NCBI GenBank assembly: GCA_963725745.1
Contig: CAVRZS010000005.1
Coordinates: 1,583,276 to 1,647,275 of the forward strand
From: an uncultured Chloroflexia bacterium
GTDB lineage: Bacteria > Chloroflexota > Limnocylindria > Limnocylindrales > CSP1-4
Direction of reading: 5' to 3'
DNA length: 64,000 nt
Positions within the stretch are counted from its first letter, which is position 1. Every line of letters begins with the position of its first letter. Shown in pieces: positions 28,908-39,858 of this stretch. The translations under genes and the position numbers were made by a program. The notes under the pieces were generated by a model. The model did not search any database. It was not told the DNA's origin and saw nothing but the letters and a program-made list of their open reading frames with translations.

Positions 28908-30128
28908 TTGTCGACCGAGCTCGACGCCCCCAACCGCATGGCACGCGGCGCCTTCGAAGCGTCGCTGCCGCGTGCCGCGTACGTCGACGAGGCGTTCCTC
29001 GATCGCGAGCGCGAGAGGATCTGGTGGACCGAGTGGGTGGTCGTCGGCCGCGTCGAGCAGCTGCCCGAGCCCGGTGACTTCCTGGCCGTCGACGTCGCCG
29101 GCGAGCAGGTCATCGTGGTGCGCAACCGGAGCGGCGAGATCAGCGCCCACTACGACGTCTGCCGCCATCGCGGCTCGCGGCTGACGACCGCCGACCAGCG
29201 CGACGACCCGACGACCGGGGACGCGCCCGGCCCATCCGGGCGCTTCAAGGGCGTCATCCGTTGTCCGTACCACTCGTGGTGCTACGAGCTCGACGGCCGG
29301 GTCCGCAATGCCCCGTTCCTCGGCGAGTCCGACGCCTTCGAGCCTGCCGACTTCGGGCTCTACCCGGTCGGCGTCGAGGCGTGGGGCGGCTGGCTGTTCG
29401 TGAACCTGTCGCCCGAACGGGTCGCCGCGGGAGCAACCCTGGCCGCGCAGCTGGGCGACATCCCGGGCCGGATCGAGCGGTATCCGCTAGCCGACCTGCG
29501 GAGCGCGCGCCGGATCGTCTACGACGTGCGCGCGAACTGGAAGGTCATCGTCGAGAACTATAACGAGTGCTATCACTGCTCCGGCGTGCACCCGGAGCTG
29601 TGCCGGATCGTGCCCGCGTTCAAGGACAAGGGCGGCAGCAACCTCGACTGGGATGCGGGCGTGCCGCAGGCGGAAGGGACCTTCACGTTCACGCTGACGG
29701 GCCGCTCCGACCGGGCGCCGTTCCCGGGTCTCGACGACGACGAGCAGGTCCGCCACAAGGGCGAGCTTGCCTACCCCAACCTCATGATCAGCCTCTCGGC
29801 CGACCACGTCGCGGCCTTCGCCCTCGTGCCCAAGGCGCCCGACCGGACGCTTGTCGTCGTCGACTGGCTGTTCCATCCCGACGAGATCGCGAAGGCGACC
29901 TTCGACCCGTCCGATGCGGTGGAGTTCTGGGATCTCGTCAACCGTCAGGACTGGGCGGTGTGCGAAGGCGTGCAGTCCGGGATGACGTCGCGCCGCTTCC
30001 GGTTCGGGTGGTACGCGCCGATGGAGGACCTCAGCCTCGACATCCGACGCTACATCGGTGAGCGCCTGGGAGCCGCGGCCATCGAGGTCGACGCCGGAGC
30101 CGAGCACGGTCGCGGGGGTCGGGCGTGA
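28908..30128 (+). CDS. Rieske [2Fe-2S] non-heme-iron oxygenase, alpha-subunit type
   Basis: Rieske CRHRG...CPYHSW motif. C-terminal catalytic domain with H/D residues. 406 aa. Confidence 0.85.
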   Translation: MSTELDAPNRMARGAFEASLPRAAYVDEAFLDRERERIWWTEWVVVGRVEQLPEPGDFLAVDVAGEQVIVVRNRSGEISAHYDVCRHRGSRLTTADQRDDPTTGDAPGPSGRFKGVIRCPYHSWCYELDGRVRNAPFLGESDAFEPADFGLYPVGVEAWGGWLFVNLSPERVAAGATLAAQLGDIPGRIERYPLADLRSARRIVYDVRANWKVIVENYNECYHCSGVHPELCRIVPAFKDKGGSNLDWDAGVPQAEGTFTFTLTGRSDRAPFPGLDDDEQVRHKGELAYPNLMISLSADHVAAFALVPKAPDRTLVVVDWLFHPDEIAKATFDPSDAVEFWDLVNRQDWAVCEGVQSGMTSRRFRFGWYAPMEDLSLDIRRYIGERLGAAAIEVDAGAEHGRGGRA

Positions 30129-31315
30129 CGCGTGACTGGGACGTCATCGTCGTGGGGCTCGGTGCCCTCGGCTCGGCGGCGGCGTATTGGTCGTCGTGCC
30201 GGCCGGGAACGCGGGTGCTCGCGCTCGAGCGCTACGAGATCGGCCACAGCAATGGCGCATCGCAGGACGTGAGCCGGATCATCCGGCGGTCGTATCACCG
30301 GCGCGACTACGTGCGACTCACCGCCCGTGCCTACGAGGCGTGGGCCGAGGTCGAGCGCGAGAGCGGCACGCAGGTCGTGTTCCGGACCGGCGGCCTCGAC
30401 GTCGGGCCGCGCGAGACGGCAGAGGGCGTCGCGATCGACATCGCGGACTATGCGCGTGCCATGCGCGCGGAGGGCGTCCCGTTCGAGGAGCTCGACGGGC
30501 CCGAGGTCATGCGCCGCTGGCCGGCGTGGCGGCTCGACGACGGCCACTTCGGACTGTTCCAGGCCGACGCCGGGATCGCCGACCCGTCGCGCGGCAACGT
30601 CGCCCACCGGCAGCTGGCCGAGGCGCAGGGCGCCGTGCTCCGCGAGCGCGCGCCCGTCGCCCGGATCGAGGACGCGCTCGGCGAGGCGACGGTCGTGCTC
30701 GAGAGCGGGGAGCGACTCACCGCGGGCAAGGTCATGGTCGCGGCCGATGCGTGGACCAACGACCTGCTCGAGCCGCTCGGGGTCCGCCTGCCGCTCACGA
30801 TCACCCAGGAGCAGGTGAGCTGGTTCTCCCCGCGAGGCGACCCGTCGCTGTTCGAGCCCGATCGCTTCCCGATCTGGATCTGGATGGACGAGCCGTCGTT
30901 CTACGGCTTTCCGACCCACGGGCATCCCGGCCCCAAGATCGGCCAGGACGTCGGCGGGCGGCGGGTCACACCCGCGACGCGCACGTTCGACCGGGACGAG
31001 GCCGCCCTTGGCCGGGTCCGGGCGTTTCTGGACGCACATCTCCCGGACATGGCCGCCGAGCCGTTCCTCACCAAATCATGCCTGTACACGCTGACGCCGG
31101 ACCGTGACTTCGTGCTCGATGCGCTGCCCGGGCACCCGAACGTCGTGGTCGCCCTCGGATCGGCGCACGGCTACAAGTTCGCCTCGGTCATCGGCCGCAT
31201 CCTGGCCGAGCTGGCGCTCGACGGCACGTCCCAATCCGCGGCTGAGATCGAGGGGTTCCGGTTCGACCGTGCCGCGCTCCAGGGGTCGCCGGAGCCCGCG
31301 TCGTTCATCCTCTGA
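30125..31315 (+). CDS. FAD-dependent N-methyl amino-acid oxidase (monomeric sarcosine oxidase / MTOX family)
   Basis: DVIVVGLGALGSAAAYW GxGxxG motif. MSOX-like length (396 aa) with an MSOX-like C-terminal region. ATGA overlap with the Rieske gene. Confidence 0.85.
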   Translation: MTRDWDVIVVGLGALGSAAAYWSSCRPGTRVLALERYEIGHSNGASQDVSRIIRRSYHRRDYVRLTARAYEAWAEVERESGTQVVFRTGGLDVGPRETAEGVAIDIADYARAMRAEGVPFEELDGPEVMRRWPAWRLDDGHFGLFQADAGIADPSRGNVAHRQLAEAQGAVLRERAPVARIEDALGEATVVLESGERLTAGKVMVAADAWTNDLLEPLGVRLPLTITQEQVSWFSPRGDPSLFEPDRFPIWIWMDEPSFYGFPTHGHPGPKIGQDVGGRRVTPATRTFDRDEAALGRVRAFLDAHLPDMAAEPFLTKSCLYTLTPDRDFVLDALPGHPNVVVALGSAHGYKFASVIGRILAELALDGTSQSAAEIEGFRFDRAALQGSPEPASFIL

Positions 31316-31496
31316 GCCCCGGGCGCGCGAAGGCTGGCGTGGGCACGCTCGTTTCGCGGCGTGGGCCCCACGAAGGGGGAGGTTGCGCGAGATGGGGTCG
31401 TGTGCCACGCTCCCGCCCATCCGCCGAGGGTTCGGTGCAGCCGTCAGGACCGCGGAGGAGCGGTTCGTCGGTCGAGTTCCAGGAGGACGCCCCCCG

Positions 31497-33422
31497 ATGA
31501 TCCAGCCCCCCCGCCGCCGGATCGCGCGGCTCTTGGCCGCGCTCGCACTCGCCTGCTCGGCGTTGCTGCCAGCGACAGCACCCGCCGCCGCGGCAGACCC
31601 AGTCGTGTTGACCGCCGGGACCACGCAAGACCTCGACGCGTCGAACCCTTTCAACACCGCGCTCGTGTCGGGATACGAGGCATTCCAGCTCACCTACAAC
31701 CTGCTGACCGAGTTCGACAAGGACCTCAACCCGGCCCCCGGTTACGCGGACACGTGGGAGCGCTCGGCCGACCGGGTCACGTTCCACATCCGCGACGGGA
31801 TGAAGTTCTCCGATGGCACGCCGGCGACGTCCGCCGACGTCTGCTTCACCTGGGGCCTGGCGATGGCCGCGATAAAGGACAAAGCAAACATCGGGCTTGG
31901 GTATCTGGACCCGAACATCAAGGATGCGGGCGTGACGAAGATCGAGTGCCCCGATCCGAGCACCTTCATCGCCTACACGACCGACCAGTCGGACCGGATC
32001 TTCCAGGTCTACATGCCAATCCTGCCCAAGCACATCTACGGCAAGCTCGACTACAAGAAGATCGCGGACGAGAAGTTCGATGCGCCGCTGGTCGGCACCG
32101 GCCCGTACACGCTCGCGGAGTGGAAGACGGGCCAGTTCGCGCGCTTCGTGCGTAACCCGAACTACTGGGGCAAGCAGGGCTTCGCCAACGAGGTTGTCCT
32201 GCGCTTCTTCCCAGATGCCACGGACGTCATGGTCCAGGCCCTGAAGGCGGGCGAGCTCGACTACGCCCACGACGTCAACCCGGACCAGTTCAAGGCGTTT
32301 CAGGCCGATCCGACATACACGGCGGTCGAGGGCAAGGCGAACGGCTGGAGCCAGCTCGCCTTCAACACCTACGGCACCGGGACCGGCAAGACGATCAAGA
32401 ACGGCGGCCCGTCAACCAAGGCGCTGCTCGACCCGGCCTTCCGCGACGCCCTCGGATACGCGGTCGATCACCAAGCGCTGGTCGACCGGGTCCTGGGTGG
32501 ATTCGGGGACGTCGGCTCCACGATGGTCCCGCCCGTACTCAAGGATTGGCACGTCGACCCGGACAACCCCCGTCATTTTGACATCGAGCTCGCCAAGCAG
32601 AAGCTCGACGCCGCGGGCTACCACCTCGACGCGAACAACAAGCGCCTGGACAAGGAAGGCAATCCGATCGTCCTGCGCCTCGCCCACCCCAACACGAACG
32701 ACAGCTACGCGAAGTCCGCCCAGTTCGTGAAGGAGTGGTACGGCGAGCTCGGCATCGACGTCAGCGTGCAGAGCTACGACAGCGACACGCTCACCAACCT
32801 GATCCTGCCGCCCCCGGACGGCAAGGCGGACTACGACATCGAGCTCTGGGGCTGGGTAGGCAGCCCAGACCCGAATGGGCTGACGATCGTGTTCCGATGC
32901 GACCAGATCGACAACCTCTCGGACAGCCAGTACTGCAACCCCGACTACGACGCCCTGTACGACAAGCAGTCGAAGGAAGCGGGCGACCAGCGCCACGCAA
33001 CGCTGGCGCAAATGCAGAACCTGATCTACGACCAGGCGCCGTACGACATCCTCTACTACGACTCCGACCTGGACGTCTATCGCAACGACAAGTTCGCGGG
33101 CTGGCAGAACATGCCCGCCGACGGCACGCCGCTGTTCTCCTCCGGCGACAGCGTCCTCAACTACACCCTCCTGACTGATGCGACCGCCGAGCCGGCCGCG
33201 ACCCCGGAGGCCGCGGCTCCGTCCGGCTCCGCCGGCGCGTCATCCGGCCCCGCGGCACCGACCAGCGCTCCCAGCGCGGCGACGGGCACGGGCTCATCGA
33301 CGAGCAGTGGCGGATCGAACACGACCCTCCTGCTCGCCGTGGTGGCCATCGTCGTCGTCGTGGTCGTCGGTGGCCTCCTGTGGTCCCGACGTCGCCAAGC
33401 AGGGACTGCCGAGGACGAGTAG
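31497..33422 (+). CDS. ABC transporter substrate-binding protein, peptide/opine/nickel family 5, with C-terminal TM anchor
   Basis: ATG with GGAGGA SD. Signal peptide. DppA/OppA-like fold motifs. Ala/Ser/Thr/Gly-rich linker followed by LLLAVVAIVVVVVVGGLLW-RRRQ at the C-terminus. Confidence 0.9.
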   Translation: MIQPPRRRIARLLAALALACSALLPATAPAAAADPVVLTAGTTQDLDASNPFNTALVSGYEAFQLTYNLLTEFDKDLNPAPGYADTWERSADRVTFHIRDGMKFSDGTPATSADVCFTWGLAMAAIKDKANIGLGYLDPNIKDAGVTKIECPDPSTFIAYTTDQSDRIFQVYMPILPKHIYGKLDYKKIADEKFDAPLVGTGPYTLAEWKTGQFARFVRNPNYWGKQGFANEVVLRFFPDATDVMVQALKAGELDYAHDVNPDQFKAFQADPTYTAVEGKANGWSQLAFNTYGTGTGKTIKNGGPSTKALLDPAFRDALGYAVDHQALVDRVLGGFGDVGSTMVPPVLKDWHVDPDNPRHFDIELAKQKLDAAGYHLDANNKRLDKEGNPIVLRLAHPNTNDSYAKSAQFVKEWYGELGIDVSVQSYDSDTLTNLILPPPDGKADYDIELWGWVGSPDPNGLTIVFRCDQIDNLSDSQYCNPDYDALYDKQSKEAGDQRHATLAQMQNLIYDQAPYDILYYDSDLDVYRNDKFAGWQNMPADGTPLFSSGDSVLNYTLLTDATAEPAATPEAAAPSGSAGASSGPAAPTSAPSAATGTGSSTSSGGSNTTLLLAVVAIVVVVVVGGLLWSRRRQAGTAEDE

Positions 33423-33503
33423 AGCCCTCCGTCGGGCATGCGTGGTCACGGGCGAGGGTCGCGATTCTCGCGGCCCTCGCCGAATCATCCGGAGCGCTGA
33501 CAC

Positions 33504-34472
33504 GTGAGCGGTCGCTACATCGCGCGCAAGCTGATCGGCGCCGTGATCACGATCGCAGCGATCGTGGTCCTCAACTTCGTCCTGTTCCGGATGATGCCCG
33601 GATCACCGGAGCGGGCCACGAAGAACCCGCACCTCACCCCGGAGTTCGTGGCCGCCGAGCGGGCGAAATGGGGCCTCGACAAACCGCTCATCCCAGACCA
33701 GCTGACCGCGTACATCGGGTCGACCCTCCAGGGCGACCTCGGCTACTCGATCAAGTACCGCGGTCAACCGGTGACCGAGGTTGTCATCGACGCGGCCGGA
33801 CCGACGGTGCTGCTGATCGGGCTCGGTGAGGCAATCGCGATCGTGGTCGGTCTGTGGCTCGGGGCCCGCTCCGGCTGGCGCCGGGGCGGAGGGATCGACC
33901 GGGTCGGCAATGCCCTCAGCCTGATCTTCTATTCGATGCCCTACTTCGTGATCGGCATGCCGTTGATCATCATCTTCGCATCGGGCCTGCACTGGTTCCC
34001 CACTTCGGGCATGACCACGCCGGGCGGCGACAAGGGGCCGATCGCATCCCTGTTCGACCTCGGCCGTCACCTCGTCCTCCCGCTGACCGCCGTCGCCCTC
34101 GGCCTCATCGGCGCGTACTCGATCTTGATGCGCTCGTCGATCATCGAGACGCGGTCCGAGGACTACATCACGACGGCGCGGGCCAAGGGCCTGTCCGACC
34201 AGCGGATCCTGAACCAGCACGCGTTCCCGAACGCGCTGCTGCCGATGGTGACGCTGATCGCCATCAACCTCGGCTACGTGGTCGCCGGGGCGATCACTGC
34301 CGAGATCGTGTTCAACTGGCCGGGCCTCGGGACGCTGACCGTCCAGGCGCTGGATGCGCGCGACTATCCGCTGCTCCAGGCCATCTTCCTGCTCATCGCC
34401 ATCTCGGTCGTGTTCGCCAACTTCGCCGCGGACATCGTCTACGGCTACCTCGATCCGAGGGTCAGGGCATGA
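33504..34472 (+). CDS. ABC transporter permease (DppB/OppB-like)
   Basis: Six TM segments. BPD_transp_1 EAA-like loop. Confidence 0.9.
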   Translation: MSGRYIARKLIGAVITIAAIVVLNFVLFRMMPGSPERATKNPHLTPEFVAAERAKWGLDKPLIPDQLTAYIGSTLQGDLGYSIKYRGQPVTEVVIDAAGPTVLLIGLGEAIAIVVGLWLGARSGWRRGGGIDRVGNALSLIFYSMPYFVIGMPLIIIFASGLHWFPTSGMTTPGGDKGPIASLFDLGRHLVLPLTAVALGLIGAYSILMRSSIIETRSEDYITTARAKGLSDQRILNQHAFPNALLPMVTLIAINLGYVVAGAITAEIVFNWPGLGTLTVQALDARDYPLLQAIFLLIAISVVFANFAADIVYGYLDPRVRA

Positions 34473-35419
34473 GCGTCACGGGCCTTGCCGGGACCGAGCT
34501 GGGTGCTGGCCGCTGGACGGGCACAGGCCGCCGCGCTCGTGACTTCATGCGTCGGCTCGTGGGCCGGTCCGACGGGCTCATCGGGCTGACGATCCTTGCC
34601 TTCTTCGGCATCCTCGCGCTGGCACCAGCCCTGTTCGTCGGTCCGCTGGAGAGCGTGACCAGCGCGACCGGGCAGCCCCTCCAGCCGCCGAGCACCGAGT
34701 ACTTGTTCGGCACCGATGAGCTGGGGCGCGACCTGCTGAACATGACGGTCCACGGGGCGCGGATCTCGATGACGATCGGCCTGATGGCGACCCTGGTCAC
34801 GATCGTCATCGGCTCCCTGGTCGGAATCATCGCCGGGTTTGCCGGCGGCACCGTCGACAACCTGTTGATGCGCCTGTCCGACTTCTTCCTCGTCCTGCCG
34901 ACGATCGTGCTTGCGCTGATCCTGGCGCCGATCATGCTCGACGTCATCGGTCCCCAGGCGGAGCTGTTCGGGATCCGCTCGACACTGCTCGTCATCGTCA
35001 TCGTGATCGGCCTGACCAGCTGGGCGACGACGGCCCGCGTGATCCGCAGCCAGGTCCTGTCGCTCAAGGAGCGGATGTTCGTCGACCGCGCGCGGGTGAT
35101 CGGGTCGGGATCGGGGCGCATCATGCGCCGCCACATCCTGCCCAACGTGGTGAACTTGATCGTGGCCCAGTCCGTGCTCACGTTCGCGACCGCGGTGTTC
35201 ACCGAGACTACGCTTGCGTTCATCGGGCTCGGCGATCCGGCGGCGCCGTCGTGGGGTCAGATCCTCAACAACGCCCAGGCGGCAGGGGCGCCGGGGCTCG
35301 GGGCGTGGTGGTACATCGCGCCGCCCGCGATCGCCGTCGTGCTGGTGGTCATGGCGTTCACCCTCGTCGGAAACGCGCTCGACGACGTCCTCAACCCGAA
35401 GGCCCTGAGCCGGCGATGA
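34469..35419 (+). CDS. ABC transporter permease (DppC/OppC-like)
   Basis: ATGA overlap with the upstream permease. TM-rich. Confidence 0.9.
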   Translation: MSVTGLAGTELGAGRWTGTGRRARDFMRRLVGRSDGLIGLTILAFFGILALAPALFVGPLESVTSATGQPLQPPSTEYLFGTDELGRDLLNMTVHGARISMTIGLMATLVTIVIGSLVGIIAGFAGGTVDNLLMRLSDFFLVLPTIVLALILAPIMLDVIGPQAELFGIRSTLLVIVIVIGLTSWATTARVIRSQVLSLKERMFVDRARVIGSGSGRIMRRHILPNVVNLIVAQSVLTFATAVFTETTLAFIGLGDPAAPSWGQILNNAQAAGAPGLGAWWYIAPPAIAVVLVVMAFTLVGNALDDVLNPKALSRR

Positions 35420-36624
35420 GCGACGTGACTGAGCCCATCGACACACATGCTGGCCCGCCCCCAGCGGACTATCGCCCGCCCGACCCGGCCGAGATCCGCG
35501 GCCGGCGCCAGTGGCCGCTGCCCAAGCTCGCGGTCCCGGGCGCCCCGCTGCTGGTCGTCGAGGACCTGGCTGTCCGCTTCAGCCTGCCGTCCGGCAGCGT
35601 CAAGGCGGTCGACGGCGTGAGCTTCCGCCTCGACGACGGCGAGGCGTTGGGGATCGCCGGTGAAAGCGGTTGCGGCAAGACGACCACGGCGCTGTCGCTG
35701 GTCCGGCTCCTGCCGGCCAACGGCCGCATCAAGTCGGGCAAGATCGAGCTGTTCGGCATCGACCTCGTCCCCAAGACCGAGACCCAGCTCGCCCGCTATC
35801 GCTGGCGCGAGATCTCGATCGTGTTCCAGGGCGCGATGAACGCGCTCAACCCCGTCCGCCGCGTCGGGGAGCAGATCGCGGAGCCGATCGAGGTCCGGCT
35901 TGGCCAGCCGCGCGAGGCCTCGCGCAAGCGGGCCGCGGAGCTGCTCGACCTGGTTGGGATCCCGAAGAAGCGCGCGACCGCCTACCCGCACGAGCTGTCG
36001 GGCGGGATGCGCCAGCGCGCGATGATCGCGATGGCGCTCGCGTGCGATCCGGCGATCGTGATCGGCGACGAGCCGACGACCGCCCTCGACGTGATGGTCC
36101 AGGCGCAGATCCTCCAGCTGCTCGAACAGCTGCGGCGGGACCTCGGGCTGTCGCTGATGCTGATCACGCACGACCTGTCCGTGATCGCGGAGACGTGCGA
36201 CAAGGTCATGGTCATGTACGCCGGCCGGATCGCGGAGGAGGGACCGGTACGCCGGGTGTTCACCGCCGCGCGCCACCCGTACACCCAGGCGCTGCTGGGC
36301 GCGTTCCCCAACATCCATGCCGACCGGCGCACCCTCGAGGTCATCCCCGGCATGCCGCCGGACCTGCGGAACCCGCCGCCCGGATGCCGGTTCGCGCCCC
36401 GGTGCGCGTTCGCGATGCCGGTCTGCACCGAGGTCGTGCCGCCGGAGATCACCTTCGCCGATGGGGTGCGCGTGGCGTGCCACCTGTACCCGACCTCCGA
36501 CGCGCCGATGGCCGGCGAGGCCGCCCGGCACGCAGCGGCGCGCCCGGTCGTGGGGCACGACGCGGTCCCGCACCAGCACCCAGGGCCCGTTGCCACGGCC
36601 CCGGAGCCGGGGTCCGCCGCATGA
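35416..36624 (+). CDS. ABC transporter ATP-binding protein (DppD/OppD-like)
   Basis: Walker A GESGCGKTT, signature LSGGMRQR, Walker B. C-terminal oligopeptide-type extension. ATGA overlap. Confidence 0.9.
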   Translation: MSDVTEPIDTHAGPPPADYRPPDPAEIRGRRQWPLPKLAVPGAPLLVVEDLAVRFSLPSGSVKAVDGVSFRLDDGEALGIAGESGCGKTTTALSLVRLLPANGRIKSGKIELFGIDLVPKTETQLARYRWREISIVFQGAMNALNPVRRVGEQIAEPIEVRLGQPREASRKRAAELLDLVGIPKKRATAYPHELSGGMRQRAMIAMALACDPAIVIGDEPTTALDVMVQAQILQLLEQLRRDLGLSLMLITHDLSVIAETCDKVMVMYAGRIAEEGPVRRVFTAARHPYTQALLGAFPNIHADRRTLEVIPGMPPDLRNPPPGCRFAPRCAFAMPVCTEVVPPEITFADGVRVACHLYPTSDAPMAGEAARHAAARPVVGHDAVPHQHPGPVATAPEPGSAA

Positions 36625-37820
36625 CCGATCCGCTCAGCGAGTCGCTCGAGGTCGTCGGCGGGGCGCTGGACAACGGGAACGCGGTGGACGGGGCGAGCTC
36701 AGGGGACGGCGCGCGCCCAATGCCGCCGTCGGAGCGAGCGGGCGACGAGCTGCTGCGTCTCGAGGGTCTCGAGGTGCACTTCCCGATCCGGGGCGGGCTG
36801 CTCGACTCCGCGCGGCGCAGGCCGGCCGCGGTCGTGCGCGCCGTCGACGGGATCGACCTGACGATTCGCAAGGGCGAGATCCTGGGCCTGGTCGGCGAAT
36901 CGGGCTCGGGCAAGACGACGACCGGCCGGGTCGTGGTGAAGCTGACCAAGCAGACCGCGGGCCGGGTCATCTTCGCCGGCCAGGACGTCTCGGCGCTGTG
37001 GGGCGTCAAGGCGCTGCGCAACTACCGGCGCCGCGTGCAGCTGATCTTCCAGGACCCGTACGAGACGCTGAACCCGAAGCACACGATCGGCGAGTTCGTG
37101 GCCGAGCCGCTGGACGTCAACCACCTCGCCTCGTCCCGGGCCGAACGCCAGGCGAAGGTGATCGCGGCGCTCGAGGCGGCCGGCCTCCGCCCCGCCGCCG
37201 ACTTCGCCGGCCGCTATCCGCACGAGCTCTCCGGCGGACAACGCCAGCGGGTCGTGATCGCCGGAGCCCTGGTCATGGACCCGGAGCTCGTGGTCGCCGA
37301 CGAGCCCGTGTCGATGCTCGACGTGTCGATCCGGACCGAGCTCCTGCGGCTGATGCTCGACCTGCGTGCCGAGCGCGGCCTGACCTACCTGTTCATCACC
37401 CACGACCTGTCGCTCGCGTGGGTGCTTGCCGACCGGATCGCCGTCATGTACCTGGGCAAGATCATGGAGATCGGCCCGGCGGAACAGGTCATCCGCGCGC
37501 CGCGCAACCCGTACACCCAGGCGCTCGTGTCGGTCAGCCCGTCGCCCGACCCGCCGGAGATCGGCAGCCGGACGCAGCGGACGATCCTCGTCGGCGAGAC
37601 GCCGGACGCCGTCCACCTGCCTCCGGGCTGTCGCTTCCATCCCCGCTGCCCGCTGGCGTTCGATCGCTGCCGGGTCGAGGAGCCACCGCTGGTCGAGCTG
37701 GCCGAGGGGCACAAGGCCGCGTGCTGGCTGGCCGAAGCCGGGCCGCGCAATCTGCCGATCCTCGACGCCGTCGGACGCACCGATGCGGCGGACGCCTCTG
37801 CGACGTCCGCCGCCGGTTAA
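36621..37820 (+). CDS. ABC transporter ATP-binding protein (DppF/OppF-like)
   Basis: Walker A GESGSGKTT, signature LSGGQRQR. ATGA overlap. Confidence 0.9.
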   Translation: MTDPLSESLEVVGGALDNGNAVDGASSGDGARPMPPSERAGDELLRLEGLEVHFPIRGGLLDSARRRPAAVVRAVDGIDLTIRKGEILGLVGESGSGKTTTGRVVVKLTKQTAGRVIFAGQDVSALWGVKALRNYRRRVQLIFQDPYETLNPKHTIGEFVAEPLDVNHLASSRAERQAKVIAALEAAGLRPAADFAGRYPHELSGGQRQRVVIAGALVMDPELVVADEPVSMLDVSIRTELLRLMLDLRAERGLTYLFITHDLSLAWVLADRIAVMYLGKIMEIGPAEQVIRAPRNPYTQALVSVSPSPDPPEIGSRTQRTILVGETPDAVHLPPGCRFHPRCPLAFDRCRVEEPPLVELAEGHKAACWLAEAGPRNLPILDAVGRTDAADASATSAAG

Positions 37821-37830
37821 GCGACCCGGA

Positions 37831-38532
37831 TCAGGCCGCGGCGACCTCGGCTCCCGGCTGCTCCGCCGGATAGGTCTCGGCGCCGCCGTCGATCAGGCGC
37901 CATGCGAGCCAGCCGATCACGCCGCCGAGGATGGGCCCGACGATATAGATCCAGATCTTCGAGAGGTCTCCGCCGACGATGGCCGAACCGAGCGATCGTG
38001 CTGGGTTGACGGAGGCGCCGCTGAGCGTCGCGATCCCGAAGTGGATGGCGACCAGCGTCAGCGGGATGGCCAGCGCCGCGAGCGCCGTCGCCCGCTTGGT
38101 CGCCGCGAGGATGACCGCCAGGAACCCGGCCGTTGCGACCGTCTCGATGATCAGGGCGCCGGTGTCCGTGATCCCCTTGCCGGGGGCCGTGATCCCGTCG
38201 GTGACCGCCTGCTGGCTGACCGCGACGGCCACGATCAGCGCCGCGAAGACCGCGCCGATGATCTGCGACAGGATGTAGCCGACCGCGTCCATGGGCGTCG
38301 TCCGCTTGTCGAGGACCATCGCGATGGTCACGGCAGGGTTGAAGTGCCCACCCGAGATGTGCCCGAAGGCGAAGATCGCGGCGAGCAGGCCGAGGCCAAA
38401 GGCCCATGGCACGACCAGCAGGTTGGGCGCGCCGGGGGCGCTCGCGTTCGCAAACGCCGGGACCGACAGGTATCCGATCACGAAGAAGATGAACGAGCCC
38501 ACGAGCTCGGCGGAGTACTTGCGGAAGTCCAT
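37831..38532 (-). CDS. Aquaporin / MIP-family channel
   Basis: Two NPA boxes (HFNPAV and VNPAR). Six TM helices. 233 aa. Confidence 0.9.
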   Translation of the reverse strand: MDFRKYSAELVGSFIFFVIGYLSVPAFANASAPGAPNLLVVPWAFGLGLLAAIFAFGHISGGHFNPAVTIAMVLDKRTTPMDAVGYILSQIIGAVFAALIVAVAVSQQAVTDGITAPGKGITDTGALIIETVATAGFLAVILAATKRATALAALAIPLTLVAIHFGIATLSGASVNPARSLGSAIVGGDLSKIWIYIVGPILGGVIGWLAWRLIDGGAETYPAEQPGAEVAAA

Positions 38533-38639
38533 GCGCGGTCAACCTCCTGGCGCCGGCACCTTGGGCGGTGCGGCTCACGTGCCAGAAGTATCCCGCCTCC
38601 GACAACCGCGGGATGACCGGTCCCGCGCTCGCCGGTCCG

Positions 38640-38777
38640 TCAGGCGGCGATCGGCAGGGCGACCGGCTCGGGCCGAACGACGTCGAGCACGACGCCGCAC
38701 GCGTCGCAGGCGAGGGTGTCCTCGACCGTGTCGAACGGCGCCGGCCCGTCACACAGCGGGCAATCGACGAGGAGCAT
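38640..38777 (-). CDS. Small zinc-ribbon-like protein (45 aa)
   Basis: CPLCDG...CDACG. GC3-rich. Divergent from the ABC-2 exporter. Confidence 0.4.
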   Translation of the reverse strand: MLLVDCPLCDGPAPFDTVEDTLACDACGVVLDVVRPEPVALPIAA

Positions 38778-38904
38778 CGGGTGGGCCTCCGGGCTGGATG
38801 AGTTGATCACATGCGCATCCTCGGCGCGGGCTGTGACAGCTCGTGTGTCACGGGCACGTCGCGACGACGACGACGAGCGACGACAAACGCGAACACCCGT
38901 GAGA

Positions 38905-39854
<950 letters not shown>

Positions 39855-39858
<4 letters not shown>

